From Macrostomum lignano (Eukaryota): a stretch of 64,000 bases of DNA. The DNA is taken from positions 594,286-658,285 of the forward strand of contig NIVC01000598.1 of assembly GCA_002269645.1 (NCBI GenBank), in the 5' to 3' direction. A model generated the notes under the pieces. That model was not told the DNA's origin, did no database searches, and saw only the letters and a program-made list of their open reading frames with translations. This document shows, piece by piece, positions 1-15,400 of the stretch. Every line of letters begins with the position of its first letter. Position 1 is the first letter of the stretch. A program made the position numbers and the translations under genes.

Positions 1-706
1 CTGAAGATGTTAAAAGTGACTATAATGAAAGAGATTTTCCGCTATAATTTTGTGCAGAATTATGTTATTTAGATTAGGAAGCAATAATTAAGATTATAAG
101 GTTATAAAACGCCTATTATCTACATTGAAATAAAAGCCATGGATGAAATATTCTGCCAGCCCAGCCATTTATAAGCTGGTTTGTGCTGCCAGCACTAACC
201 GGCGTTTGTGTACACCGCCTACCCCCCGGCTTGCGCCCACCCCCCTCCCTCGGGAGGGTTTTTTTGCCTGCGGGCTAGCTGAGTTTGTGTCTTGCTGCGC
301 GCGCAAATGCTTTTATGCTTTTTCGACTTAGTGAGCAATCCAGTTATATTCTTTCATCCAGGGCATGCTGTGACAAAGAGACATGTATGGAAAAACTTGG
401 AGAACCATAAAACTTTTAACAGTAGAAAGACCATGGGGTGTATTTCAAATACACACATTTTTCGTTTGTCTGTATCTCCAGAAATATTCAACCAATTGCC
501 ATGAAAATCCAGAACATGGGCTAAAATTTTTCGCTCTATTTGATGAAGCAACTTCGAAAATCACGAAAAATTGGCATCGTCGAGATATTTAACGATTCTC
601 CTCGGGGTATCTGGTGGCAAAAACCACCAACATTGGCAAAAATTTTCTGCTCACAAAATCTCATCATGAAACCACGTCGGCTCAACGAACTACGTATATC
701 GGTCGT

Positions 707-1197
707 GAGGCCTTTGTTCTCAGCGTCCCAGGCCCCAGGGTCCCCTTCAGCTCCGTCTGGAGCATCGGCGGCGACCGTCGGGACCTACAACAAAAGCACC
801 CGATCGGCATCTCAGAAACGGCTGCGTTCCCAAAAACTGAAATGGAAGAATCCTCTTCTGCATGCAGCATTCAGTCAGTAGACATAATCGGTGAATGAAA
901 TGGACGATGGCGACCCTCTAGGCTGACCTGTAGACAGACAAGCGACCTTCTGGACCTTCAACGGAGTGCCACCACGCGGCCCCGACAAGCTGGCCCCCCA
1001 ACATCGTGATTTTTCTATCAAGGCACCAAACCAGGATACAATGATCCTGCACCATGTTCAGCATTCAGCTCTGTCTGGACGACCTTCAGGACCTTCAACG
1101 GAGTGCCACCACGCGGCCCTGACGAGCTGACACCGCCAACATCGTGATTTTTCTATCAATGCTCCAAACAAGGCATTTCTGCATATTATACAATGCA
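707..1197. repeat. Left arm of ~490-bp inverted repeat (partner 2133-2617); each arm has an internal ~137-bp tandem duplication
   Basis: The ORF track shows mirrored peptides (682-870 minus vs 2454-2681 plus; 614-898 vs 2426-2662). Direct reading confirms the reverse-complement match. The internal duplication is at ~943-1043 vs ~1080-1195. Confidence 0.9.
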
Positions 1198-1339
1198 TTT
1201 AACTAGCGACTGAAAAAAAAATATTTAATTTCTTAAAAATGATATTACAGTATGTCAAAAATGATGATATTACAGTATGTCAAAATGATACTACCGTATG
1301 TCAAAAATGAGCATGCAGCAAATTCAGAGCAGAAGGATC

Positions 1340-2153
1340 TGAACAGGCAGTTGGACACACACGTGAGCTCCTCAGAAAACCGGAATTCGCTCGTGTGTGG
1401 AGCCATGTTTTGAGTTGAATTCTTGAGATCGGCTTGCAGGCCACCACGAGTGCGCATCACTGTTCCAAGAAACGTGAATCCCATTTCCCGGTACAAGTGA
1501 TTGGCCAGCGCAAGACTCGAGAAGAATCTGTCACATGTGGTGCTGTGCCAGTGTCCTCTGAATGGATCAGCCATAGTGGCAAACAACTTGCCCACCACTC
1601 CACACCTCTGAGCCCTTGGCCAGCCGAGCATCGGATTCCTGATTCCTGTGATGCAAAAGTAGTGGACAGCAGTGTTCCTTTGCCAGCCAGTGCAGATTTC
1701 CGCATTAAACTCATAGCGGATTTCCATGTCATCCTGAATCTCTGGATTTCCAGCTCACGTCAGCAGGAACAGCTTGGCACCATTGCGACCGTTGGGGCCA
1801 AGCCCGGATCCTGCGGCAGTTTTCGAGAACTGCACTTCGGTGTTGAACTTCTTCGGGAAGGCGGGCGCGATCTGACGCCCGGTTCCAAGGGCCCTGGCCC
1901 GAGCGCGCCCGAATGGAAGAAGAAGAAGACCGGGCTTCTCCTTCAGAAAGACTGTGAAGTCACAGTTCACACCCCATGCCAGTAGACAATCAGAGATGTA
2001 CGGCCTGGAAAGGACAAGATGGCGCAGCTGACTGACAAAGGTGTCCCAGAGGCGTCGGATGCCGTAGAGCTTGTCCGTTGTGGCAGTCCGCTGACGATGT
2101 TCGGCAGTTTCGAATTTAACATGGTGCAGGACCATTGTATAGTACGCAGACAT
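1340..2153 (-). pseudogene. Degenerate piggyBac (PGBD-like) transposase
   Basis: ORFs 1755-2153 (TDKLYGIRRLWDTFV...DCLLAWGVNCDFTVFLKEKPG) and 1245-1727 (TTCDRFFSSLALANHLYREMGFTFLGTVMR) match the piggyBac motifs DKLAPIRxLWD, FRGRCxFxQYIPSKP and TCDNFFTS...LxLVGTVR. The frame is broken. Confidence 0.85.
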
Positions 2154-2919
2154 GCCTGGTTTGGTGTCTTGATAGAAAAATCACGATGTTGGCGGTGTCA
2201 GCTCGTCGGGGCCGCAAGGTGCACTCGGAAGGTCCCGAAGGTCGTCCAGACAGAGCTGAATGCTGAACATGGTGCAGGATCATTGTATCCTGGTTTGGTG
2301 CCTTGATAGAAAAATCACGATGTTGGGGGGCCAGCTTGTCGGGGCCGCGTGGTGGCACTCCGTTGAAGGTCCAGAAGGTCGCCTGTATGTCTACAGGTCA
2401 GCCTAGAGGGTCGCCATCGTCCATTTCATTCACCGATTATGTCTACTGACTGAATGCTGCATGCAGAAGAGGATTCTTCCATTTCAGTTTTTGGGAACGC
2501 AGCTGTCTCTGAGATGCCGATCGGGTGCTTTTGTTGTAGGTCCCGACGGTCGCCGCCGATGCTCCAGACGGAGATGAAGGGGACCCTGGGGCCTGGGACG
2601 CTGAGAACAAAGGCCTCTACGACAGATGGACCCAGATTATTGAGCCAATATGGATTTTCCATAAAGGTTTATACAGTGTAGTGTTGGTTGTCCTTGCCAC
2701 CAGTGTCTTCGACAAGAATCGTTGAATATTTCGACGATGCTGACGTCGGATGACTTTAAAAGTTCGTCGGAAAGGGGGAAAAAGTTTGATCCATATGGTG
2801 GACTTTTACGAAACTCGGTAATTCGGTTTGCGAGCTATCGTGAAATGGGTCGTGTGTATTTGTAATACACCCTATGGTCTTTCCCCATGGGGAAAAATAG
2901 CGTGGTCTTTCTACTGTTA

Positions 2920-3501
2920 AAGCAGCAGAAAATTTCCCACAGGGCTTCAGCTGTATTGCTTTTTGTTCCCTCATTCTGCAGTGCCAAAAATCATGGATTT
3001 TTCCTGCATTCAAAAATTGCATGTGCATTTAAGTGTTGCTCAAAGGAGTGTGATGGCCAGCATCAATGCCCATCCATACTTCATGCTGGTGAGGCTTTGG
3101 TGAATTGTCCATCGCGGAGTATCGAGCCTGTCGGCAATCTCTCGGATCGTCATTCGACAGTCCTCATCCAGAAGATCGAGGATAGCTTCAGTCAAGACGT
3201 CAGAGTCACGAACATGTGGGCTGATCCATGTGTCCTAGACTGATCCGCAAGATCCGTCTTTCCATCTTGAAACTGATCTATCCAGCGATAGATGGTCATT
3301 TTGCTGACTGCGCTCGACCCATGAGCTGATGAAATTTGCAATGAATTTCGGCTGCACTGTGCTCCGTCCGTCCAAAGGATGCAAACCACACTCCTCTGAG
3401 CAACACTTGAATGCACATCCATGATTTTTGTAGTAGCTACTGGTAAAAGAGGGAACAAAGAGCAATGAAGCTGAAGCCCAGTGGGAAATATTCTGCTTCT
3501 T
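2920..3501 (-). mobile_element. Non-autonomous Tc1/mariner element with ~120-135-bp TIRs and TA target duplication
   Basis: TIRs at 2920-3054 and 3386-3501, with TA at 2918-2919 and 3502-3503. The uninterrupted homologous site is at 410-430. The internal minus-strand peptide AHGSSAVSKMTIYRWIDQFQDGKTDLADQSR and a downstream EDCRMTIREIA segment match the mariner N-terminal HTH region. Confidence 0.8.
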
Positions 3502-3623
3502 TAGAAGTTTTATGGTTCTCTAAGTTTTTCCATAGATGTCTCTTTGTCACAGCATGCCGTGGATGAAAGAATGTAACTGGATTGCTCACTGGGTCGAAAA
3601 AGCATAAAAACATTTGCCGTCGA

Positions 3624-3721
3624 CGGACGGCAAAGCGAACGGTAGGGCGGACATGCACCTCGAGATGTCCGGTCCGGTTCCGATCGAGTACGTCGACGAC
3701 GATGGCGACGAGCGGTAAAGT
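3624..3721 (+). pseudogene. Orphan ~95-bp fragment of ABCG exon 5
   Basis: cggacggcaaagcgaacggt...gatggcgacgagcg matches ~14291-14381 with about 3 mismatches. It is followed by gtaaagt, which matches the exon ~22 nt further on. Confidence 0.9.
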
Positions 3722-4189
3722 AGAGTCACTGAGTTAATTCAATTATCATTAATAAGTAACAGTTAGTTGTATTCCAATAGCTAAGGCTTGTATTGTAGCT
3801 CGTATGCTGACGTGAATCAAGACAAAAGTTGAAGCAGCCAGATCACAACGCTTGCCGAAAAAGCTTGTGTCCTGACGTCCGTTCTTTCTTTCGTTCCTTG
3901 TTTTCTGACATAAAAATGATGATGGAACCGATAATTGTCAAATGCAGAAGCCAGAATCTACATCCTTTAGTTTGATGACTGTCCATTCGGCTCTCTTCTG
4001 AGGAGCTGCATGTAGTATTCGGAGGTGTATATTCCAGTATTAACTATAGTTTATTGCTGAAGATCTTCGAAAACTGTCAAAGACAGGCTGTAGCTAAAGG
4101 AACTAAACAATTGTTTCTTATTTTATAACCTTTAAGTATCGAAATGGCCCATATGGTCATTAGGAAGGATTACGGAGAATAGTTTAGAT

Positions 4190-4310
4190 GCTACAGATTA
4201 TACAGGATTATACAGGATTATATATATTATATAGATTATATAGATTATATAGATTATATATAGATTTAGAAATCTATAGATATAGATTATATAGATTATA
4301 CAGGATTATG
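4190..4310. repeat. Degenerate 9-10-bp tandem repeat (TATAGATTA / TACAGGATTA)
   Basis: Read directly from the sequence. Confidence 0.8.
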
Positions 4311-4399
4311 GTAGCTATAGCAATAAATTGCAAATTTTCGAGTAGAAACAAGCATTATTGCTATAAAATTTTCATTCGTACCTTTGAGTACGGATGCCT

Positions 4400-4715
4400 C
4401 CTGTGCACGTCCCTGCTTAGACTCAATGGCAGGGACAGCAGGGTGGTGACCATGGTCCTCTTGCGTCATGGCTGCTTCGCTACCTCAAGGAAAAATCCGT
4501 AATGAGAAATACTCATTCTGGCTCTCCAGTGTCGAGAATGCGGAGCACTTAATCTGTGAATGATCCGCATTACTCATGACAGGCTCTGCACCTACCTCGG
4601 CACAAAACCCGGACCTCGCCGACATTTTCAGGCCTGAGAATCTCTGCCAGCTCGTCCGCTACGTAAGGGCAAGCGGGCAGGACTTCCTGGACTCTCCGGA
4701 GGGCACACCACAGCA
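4400..4715 (+). mobile_element. Degenerate 3' fragment of the same non-LTR family as 20124-21868
   Basis: Aligns by eye with the reverse complement of ~20290-20585 (LLRLNGRDSRVVTMVLLRHGCF; gtcgagaatgcggagcac; gagaatctctgccagctcgtccgcta). Confidence 0.8.
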
Positions 4716-5909
4716 CTAACTGTCTCTGGTCGCCAAGGTTTAGCGGAATGGATAGATAGTGCACGGCTTGAGAGTGCAATAATGTCTAGACGACGAGTGC
4801 GCGTTAGTCATAGAGTGTCTATGGCATTATTGCAAGATCAAGCCGTGCATCTATCACATTGCCGACTGGTAGAGCCAACTGTGGAGAAGACTTCAAATTT
4901 ACCATAGACAAAAAGATCAATTAGCGTGCATTAATGCGTCAATAAGTGTTGACGTCTCCAAAACAAGAGAACGCATAGCGTCGATTAAGGTTTTGCCATA
5001 GACAAATCCGCGCCAGAGAAATCCGATTTCTGGAGAGCCTAATGAATGCACTTTCGATTCGACAAATATACGAGTACATTCCTTTCCGGCTTCCAGGTCG
5101 TTTCTAAGAAATTCGAGTGTAGCTTGCTTCTATTGTAGTTTTCCAGGATTCTAGAATAAGCAATTCAATGAATTGTGCATGGCGATGCATTAACCATTCA
5201 ACCGTAAACTCTGTAAACTCTGTATCTGTTTATTTATTAAGTAAGACATTTACAAGAAAAAAAGTAGTGGCAAACTTTTGACATTTCTAAAATAAAACAT
5301 ACATGTATTTAATTTCTGTAAATTTGAGCGGATAATCTCATCGGTTTCACTTAAAATATCAAACGATCTTTGAATAATGGAGTGTATGCATATGATGCAA
5401 AATTTATGGCGTAAAAAAGAAAAGGCCAGACTACTCTAAGTAGGCCTAAAGTACGAGTACACATGTGATGTTTTTAAAAATTACAGAATAGATTAAATTA
5501 TTAAAACAAAGAAAATACCCGTCTTTAATTCAACCTGCTGACTTCATGGAAGCTCAAAAAATACAAATACAGGGACTACTCAATAACTAGATACTTTACT
5601 AGAGTTTTTACCACAGACGCAAACTCACTGACAACAAGGTAAAACCGAGCTGAGTAATGCTTTTCGAGGACTAAGTTGTTAATAGATCGGCCTCCAAATT
5701 TTGTAGTTTCCCGCCACTTGTTATTAAGTAGTCATTGCTTCAGTATCAAAAAGTTAATATCTTACTACAATATATAGTCCGGACATTTAGTTTTATGTAG
5801 CACTGAAGCGTTTCCCAATTTATATGTTAAGGGTCAATATTAGTTAATAGAACGCTGATACAAGCTTGCAGTACTATGACCTCAACTGTGAGAAAAGTAA
5901 TGAAAACAA

Positions 5910-8900
5910 TTAAACCTTCTTCATGTAGCGAAGCCACAGGTAGCCGGCCACACGGAAGAGGACGAGGAACAGCAGAAGGACGAGACAGTTGGCCCAGATT
6001 GGCAGCGGCTGGTCGGGCAAGTACTGGATGATCTCAGAGGACGGGAATGTGGTCTGGTTGTTCGCGTTCAGGTAGGTGCCGTTCAGGCAGCTGGGATAGG
6101 CGCTCCTCAGGGTGGTGGCGCACCTGCGGATGAGTAATAAAAAGCAGGACTATGTGTCTATTTTGAATTTGCGTTTTGCCTCAGTTCCTTGCTATTAGCA
6201 TCAGACCATCGAGAGTGAGACGAGGAACTGACTAGATTGTACTGCCGGTGGCTAAATTTAATGTTGTCTTGTCTAAATCGAAATCCGAAATTGTTTTCTA
6301 AAAATGGAATGACGAATCTGCATACTGAGATGTCTAAATTGAATATCGGTTTTGTTTAAATTGTCAGAAAAGGGGCTGCATTGCTGTTGCTATCAAATAA
6401 TTCTATTTTTATTAATTCAATTATAAATATTTTTAACATTAGAAATGGATTACCTCACATCCAGTAATCCTCGATAAAAATGTCAAAACGTTATAACATA
6501 GATTCTAGACTTGAACTTTATTGTTCCTTCCGGGCTTCCTGGCCACACATCTCTTCCAATCACTGAAGCAATTCAGAACACTTTCGGGACACTGTTATGC
6601 TCGAAGCATCCAAAACTACTGAACAAATACTAAAAAACAGAGGTAGGTTTTAGGACTGTACTTACAAGAAGTTGGACGAGCTTCGCATAGACAGCAGCAT
6701 GGTAAAGTGGTAGCAGTACCGGATGAACGACAGGTACTTGGCCCACACCAACCACACAGGTATAGCAGTTGTAAAGAAGCCACCTGTTGGACATTCAAAA
6801 TAAGATTCCAGTACAGTTACATACCAAAAATATACTGCAAAAGGAATAAAAACTATTCGTACTACTCACCAAGTAGAAGTGAGAACATCATAAACACGAA
6901 AGCAATAGTCAAATTGGCTTTCGGTATATCCGTCAGCAAACCAACAAATATTCCGATGCCCTGCAAAATGGTGAGGGATAGCTCGTTAGAGCTTGCTTTG
7001 TTCGCTTAATTTAAAACAGTGAGCCCAAAAGCCCAGACGCGACACAGAATATCCTAAAACGTTTCCCATTTCACATCAATGCAAGAATATTCAAATTCAA
7101 ACTTGTCTGCTTCATTTAGCACGCACCTGGCATGCCATGGCATTCACGAGAATTCCCAGCACGAATGGAACGTACTCGACCCCGGTTCCCAGACCGGCGA
7201 TCCAGTACACCAGAGTCAGCGTGATGAACGGCATCACAATGACCAGCGGCATCTCCGTGGCCATCTTGGCAACGTAGTAAGCGCCAATCTGGTACATGCC
7301 GGCGCGACGCTCGTGCTTCACGATCATGATGTCCTCGTGAACTGCAAACAGTTTCTCATCCATTTATTTAAAGAACTTTCACTAATTAAATGTACTTGTA
7401 GTAGTTGGGCTAAAAACCTCACTAGGACCCTGTGTAATTAAACTCACAAGACATGATGGCATCAAACAGGGGCGCAAAGCTAAGGTTCGTTGTCAGGAAA
7501 AAAATCTAAAATATTTTTTAGCGTAAGCACGGAATGATATTGCAGTAGCCTTAGATATTTATTTATAAGCATATCGTTTGTGATGAATCCAATCGAATTT
7601 AACTCACGCATCCCATAATGTCGCTGATGTGCTCCTCTGTGCGGGTAATCTGCCACCACAGAAGGCTGCAGATCAGACCCACAAACAGCGTTTGAATTAT
7701 TGGAAACACGGATAGGAAACGGCTGCGAGCCAGGTAGAATCCCCGAATGGTGAGCGCGTTGAGCTGACGACACCACTTTACCCGAGTCACCTCCGACAGC
7801 TCGCGCTCGTCGCCATCGTCGTCAACGTACTCGATCGGAACCGGACCGGACATCTCGAGGTGCGTGTCCGCCTTACCGTTCGCTTTGCCGTCCGCCTCCT
7901 CGTAGGCCGGGTTCACGTGACCGAGACTCACCGATGAGCCGTTGCCCTGCTTTTCGAGGTAACCATTGACTTCGTCCGCATCTTCTCCATCGCCTCCGGC
8001 GCCTTGGTCTAGCAGAGCTCGAGAGCTGTCGGCAGTGATGAGCGACTTGAGCTGTCCGAGGTCCGAGAATCTGGTGCCCTGCTCGATGATGTGGTGCTTG
8101 TTTTCGGACGAGCCCTTCACGATCTCCACTGTAGATGTGATGTAAACGTTGTGATTATTGTAACGGATTGCGCAAGCAAGATGCGCTAACTAAACAGTCT
8201 TCCATAACTACATTAATGTGCCTGCCTATCGTTATATGGTCACTCACGCATGAAGTCGGCGGGATTCCAGTGCTTGTGAAAGGGTACGTCGATGCTCTCG
8301 AAGTAATCGACCATCCCGCTGCGCTTTCCGCTGTACGAGATGTGACCGTCCGTCAGCAGCAGCAGGTCGTCGAACACGTGGAAAATCTGCGACGACGGCT
8401 GGTGGATGCTGGCGATGACGATCTTGTTCTCCTTGATCGACCAGCGGCGCAGCAGGTCGATCAGCGTCATGGCCAGGCTGGAGTCGAGACCGGACGTCGG
8501 CTCGTCTAGCAGCAGCACGTCCGGATTTCGGAGCAGCTCGCAGGCGATGTTGGCTCGCTTCTTCTCGCCTCCGGACAGGCCGGGCATCATGAAGTTCCCG
8601 ATGACTGCATGATTTCACAGTATTGAGACATGATGTCGCAGGAGTTTGTCAAATGTGTTCAATGTGCAATCAGTGTCTAGGCGGTGTTTTACGAGTCCCA
8701 TAAATCCAGCATCGTCGTTGCTAATAAACTTTCTTAATCCTGATAACATTTACTTCCAATCTAAATTTCAAGCCAAATTTGAATTGCATCTTGCGAAAGT
8801 GCAGGATACTCACTTGTTTCCATGCACTTTTCTAGCTCCAGTGATCTGATCACACCGTCGATGCGAGCTCTTCGTTCCTTTTCCGTCATTGAGTCGGGAA

Positions 8901-9754
8901 GTTTCACTCGTGCGGCGAACTGAAAGTGCGTTCGAGATCGTTAATAACGAATTTTGCACATGTTAGCTGCAGTTATTGTAGAGGACATTCTGTCCGAGAG
9001 TCTCACCTCAACGGTCTGTCTCAGTGTGAGAATTGGGAAGAACACGTCCATCTGAGTGACGTAGCCGAATGACTTTCGCATTCTGGGCGACACCGGCTTG
9101 CCGCCCACCGTGATGCTGCCCGACGTCAGGGGCATCCGTCCGGAGACCGTGTTCATGAAGGTCGTCTTTCCGCTGCCTGCCAGCATGATTTGAAATCGGG
9201 ATTGAACAATGCCTCATTCTCTAGGAATACGAGCTTCGAGTGTTGCAACTGCTTATCTACCTGAATGATATACATGTTATCTAGCTTTGTCCGTCAATGC
9301 AGTACTGGTACATATTGTACTTTTGTTTCTAAAATGGTTTGCAACCTTTTCGATTCTTTAGTCGCCTTTTGTGTCCACGCATTACACGAAGACAAATATG
9401 AGCAGACAAATTTGCACCACCAAGGGTACAAGTTAAAGCTAGAAATGCGTTATACTTCCTGTAGCCAAAATGAGATTGCGAGTAATTGCACCAGTGCCTC
9501 AACTAGCAGAGCACTGGTCAAGTAATGAGACTCAGAATTCGAGAGATATTATGCTCACCGCTGGGACCCATGACCGCCAGCAGACTTCCACTTTTGGCGA
9601 TGACGCTCACATCGTGCAGAATCTGCTTCTCTCCGGCGAACACGCAGAACCGATCTGCAATCAGAGTCAGTCGCTTTCTGCTCCCCTCGCCATTGGCATT
9701 GAGTCCTGGATGAGCTGTCACAGCCTGCTCAGCTTCCACTTCTTGAGATGCCAT
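5910..9754 (-). CDS. ABCG: ABCG-subfamily half ABC transporter, copy A (10 exons, 681 aa)
   Basis: Exons 9754-9559, 9176-9007, 8919-8814, 8604-8248, 8128-7608, 7506-7449, 7341-7127, 6960-6870, 6783-6666, 6123-5910. All introns are GT-AG with consistent phases; the total is 2046 nt. Walker A GPSGSGKT, signature LSGGEKKR, Walker B LLLDEPTSGLD, H-loop SIHQPS, and a C-terminal TMD (NBD-TMD order). The symbol is family-level only. Confidence 0.93.

Positions 9755-9773
<19 letters not shown>
7608..9773. repeat. Near-identical palindrome arm (partner 12412-14577)
   Basis: Paired coordinates sum to 22185 throughout, so there is no net indel over ~2166 bp. The ORF track shows identical mirrored peptides even in introns 1 and 3. 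Confidence 0.95.
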
Positions 9774-12430
<2,657 letters not shown>

Positions 12431-15400
12431 ATGGCATCTCAAGAAGTGGAAGCTGAGCAGGCTGTGACAGCTCATCCAGGACTCAATGCCAATGGCGAGG
12501 GGAGCAGAAAGCGACTGACTCTGATTGCAGATCGGTTCTGCGTGTTCGCCGGAGAGAAGCAGATTCTGCACGATGTGAGCGTCATCGCCAAAAGTGGAAG
12601 TCTGCTGGCGGTCATGGGTCCCAGCGGTGAGCATAATATCTCTCGAATTCTGAGTCTCATTACTTGACCAGTGCTCTGCTAGTTGAGGCACTGGTGCAAT
12701 TACTCGCAATCTCATTTTGGCTACAGGAAGTATAACGCATTTCTAGCTTTAACTTGTACCCTTGGTGGTGCAAATTTGTCTGCTCATATTTGTCTTCGTG
12801 TAATGCGTGGACACAAAAGGCGACTAAAGAATCGAAAAGGTTGCAAACCATTTTAGAAACAAAAGTACAATATGTACCAGTACTGCATTGACGGACAAAG
12901 CTAGATAACATGTATATCATTCAGGTAGATAAGCAGTTGCAACACTCGAAGCTCGTATTCCTAGAGAATGAGGCATTGTTCAATCCCGATTTCAAATCAT
13001 GCTGGCAGGCAGCGGAAAGACGACCTTCATGAACACGGTCTCCGGACGGATGCCCCTGACGTCGGGCAGCATCACGGTGGGCGGCAAGCCGGTGTCGCCC
13101 AGAATGCGAAAGTCATTCGGCTACGTCACTCAGATGGACGTGTTCTTCCCAATTCTCACACTGAGACAGACCGTTGAGGTGAGACTCTCGGACAGAATGT
13201 CCTCTACAATAACTGCAGCTAACATGTGCAAAATTCGTTATTAACGATCTCGAACGCACTTTCAGTTCGCCGCACGAGTGAAACTTCCCGACTCAATGAC
13301 GGAAAAGGAACGAAGAGCTCGCATCGACGGTGTGATCAGATCACTGGAGCTAGAAAAGTGCATGGAAACAAGTGAGTATCCTGCACTTTCGCAAGATGCA
13401 ATTCAAATTTGGCTTGAAATTTAGATTGGAAGTAAATGTTATCAGGATTAAGAAAGTTTATTAGCAACGACGATGCTGGATTTATGGGACTCGTAAAACA
13501 CCGCCTAGACACTGATTGCACATTGAACACATTTGACAAACTCCTGCGACATCATGTCTCAATACTGTGAAATCATGCAGTCATCGGGAACTTCATGATG
13601 CCCGGCCTGTCCGGAGGCGAGAAGAAGCGAGCCAACATCGCCTGCGAGCTGCTCCGAAATCCGGACGTGCTGCTGCTAGACGAGCCGACGTCCGGTCTCG
13701 ACTCCAGCCTGGCCATGACGCTGATCGACCTGCTGCGCCGCTGGTCGATCAAGGAGAACAAGATCGTCATCGCCAGCATCCACCAGCCGTCGTCACAGAT
13801 TTTCCACGTGTTCGACGACCTGCTGCTGCTGACGGACGGTCACATCTCGTACAGCGGAAAGCGCAGCGGGATGGTCGATTACTTCGAGAGCATCGACGTA
13901 CCCTTTCACAAGCACTGGAATCCCGCCGACTTCATGCGTGAGTGACCATATAACGATAGGCAGGCACATTAATGTAGTTATGGAAGACTGTTTAGTTAGC
14001 GCATTTTGTTTACGCCATCCATTACAATAATCATAACGTTTACATCATATCTACAGTGGAGATCGTGAAGGGCTCGTCCGAAAACAAGCACCACATCATC
14101 GAGCAGGGCGCCAGATTCTCGGACCTCGGACAGCTCAAGTCGCTCATCACTGCCGACAGCTCTCGAGCTCTGCTAGACCAAGGCGCCGGAGGCGATGGAG
14201 AAGATGCGGACGAAGTCAATGGTTACCTCGAAAAGCAGGGCAACGGCTCATCGGTGAGTCTCGGTCACGTGAACCCGGCCTACGAGGAGGCGGACGGCAA
14301 AGCGAACGGTAAGGCGGACACGCACCTCGAGATGTCCGGTCCGGTTCCGATCGAGTACGTTGACGACGATGGCGACGAGCGCGAGCTGTCGGAGGTGACT
14401 CGGGTAAAGTGGTGTCGTCAGCTCAACGCGCTCACCATTCGGGGATTCTACCTGGCTCGCAGCCGTTTCCTATCCGTGTTTCCAATAATTCAAACGCTGT
14501 TTGTGGGTCTGATCTGCAGCTTGCTGTGGTGGCAGATTACCCGCACAGAGGAGCACATCAGCGACATTATGGGATGCGTGAGTCCAAATCGAAATAATTG
14601 GTCCTTTGTATGCATGAGATACTTATAGGTTTTTTTTCAAAGATTCACTAAAGCTGCTGAAAGTTCATGACGGAATAGCTTGATTCTATTGTAGATTTTC
14701 TTCCTAACAGCGAATCTCAGTTTTTCGCCTCTGTTCGAAGCGATTATGTCTTGTGAGTTCCATAGCGCTGGTTACTTATGTAGTAATCTGCACTTCTCAT
14801 GATTAATAAACTTTCGATGTGAGTTTTATCTTACTAAACGCATGAGAAACCGCTTGCAGTTCACGAGGACATCATGATCGTGAAGCACGAGCGTCGCGCC
14901 GGCATGTACCAGATTGGCGCTTACTACGTTGCCAAGATGGCCACGGAGATGCCGCTGGTCATTGTGATGCCGTTCATCACGCTGACTCTGGTGTACTGGA
15001 TCGCCGGTCTGGGAACCGGGGTCGAGTACGTTCCATTCGTGCTGGGAATTCTCGTGAACAGCATTGCGTGCCAGGTAAACATGCATGCGTGTCGCAAAGT
15101 GCATCTTATGTGATTTTTTTGAAATTAATATATTCTTAATAATTTTTGGGACTTTACTGTAGCTCTCTTGAATTGAAAACTTACAATTGAGTGAGTCTAA
15201 GAGGCACATATGCTTTGAATAATTGTTTCAGGGCATCGGAATCTTTATCGGTCTGCTGACGGACATACCGAAGGCTAATATGACCATCGCTTTCGTTTTC
15301 ATGATGTTCTCATTTTTGCTAGGTGAGTAGAATGATGCCGTGACGGTTTTTCATCATAAAGAACTTCTTCTTTGCTCCTTATTGCGTTGCACTTTTTGCA

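Larger units (their letters stand above)
303..3617. mobile_element. Foldback (inverted-arm) piggyBac-derived relic with nested insertions
   Basis: 303-460 is the reverse complement of 2850-2919 plus 3502-3617 (diverged). 707-1197 is a highly similar reverse complement of 2133-2617. PiggyBac transposase remnants lie between the arms. No TTAA-bounded outer termini are visible. Confidence 0.75.

Noticed and set aside
1245-1310. Triplicated ~21-24-bp AT-rich motif (atgatattacagtatgtcaaaa)
   Set aside because: A local slippage duplication at the broken end of the piggyBac relic; no further significance evident.
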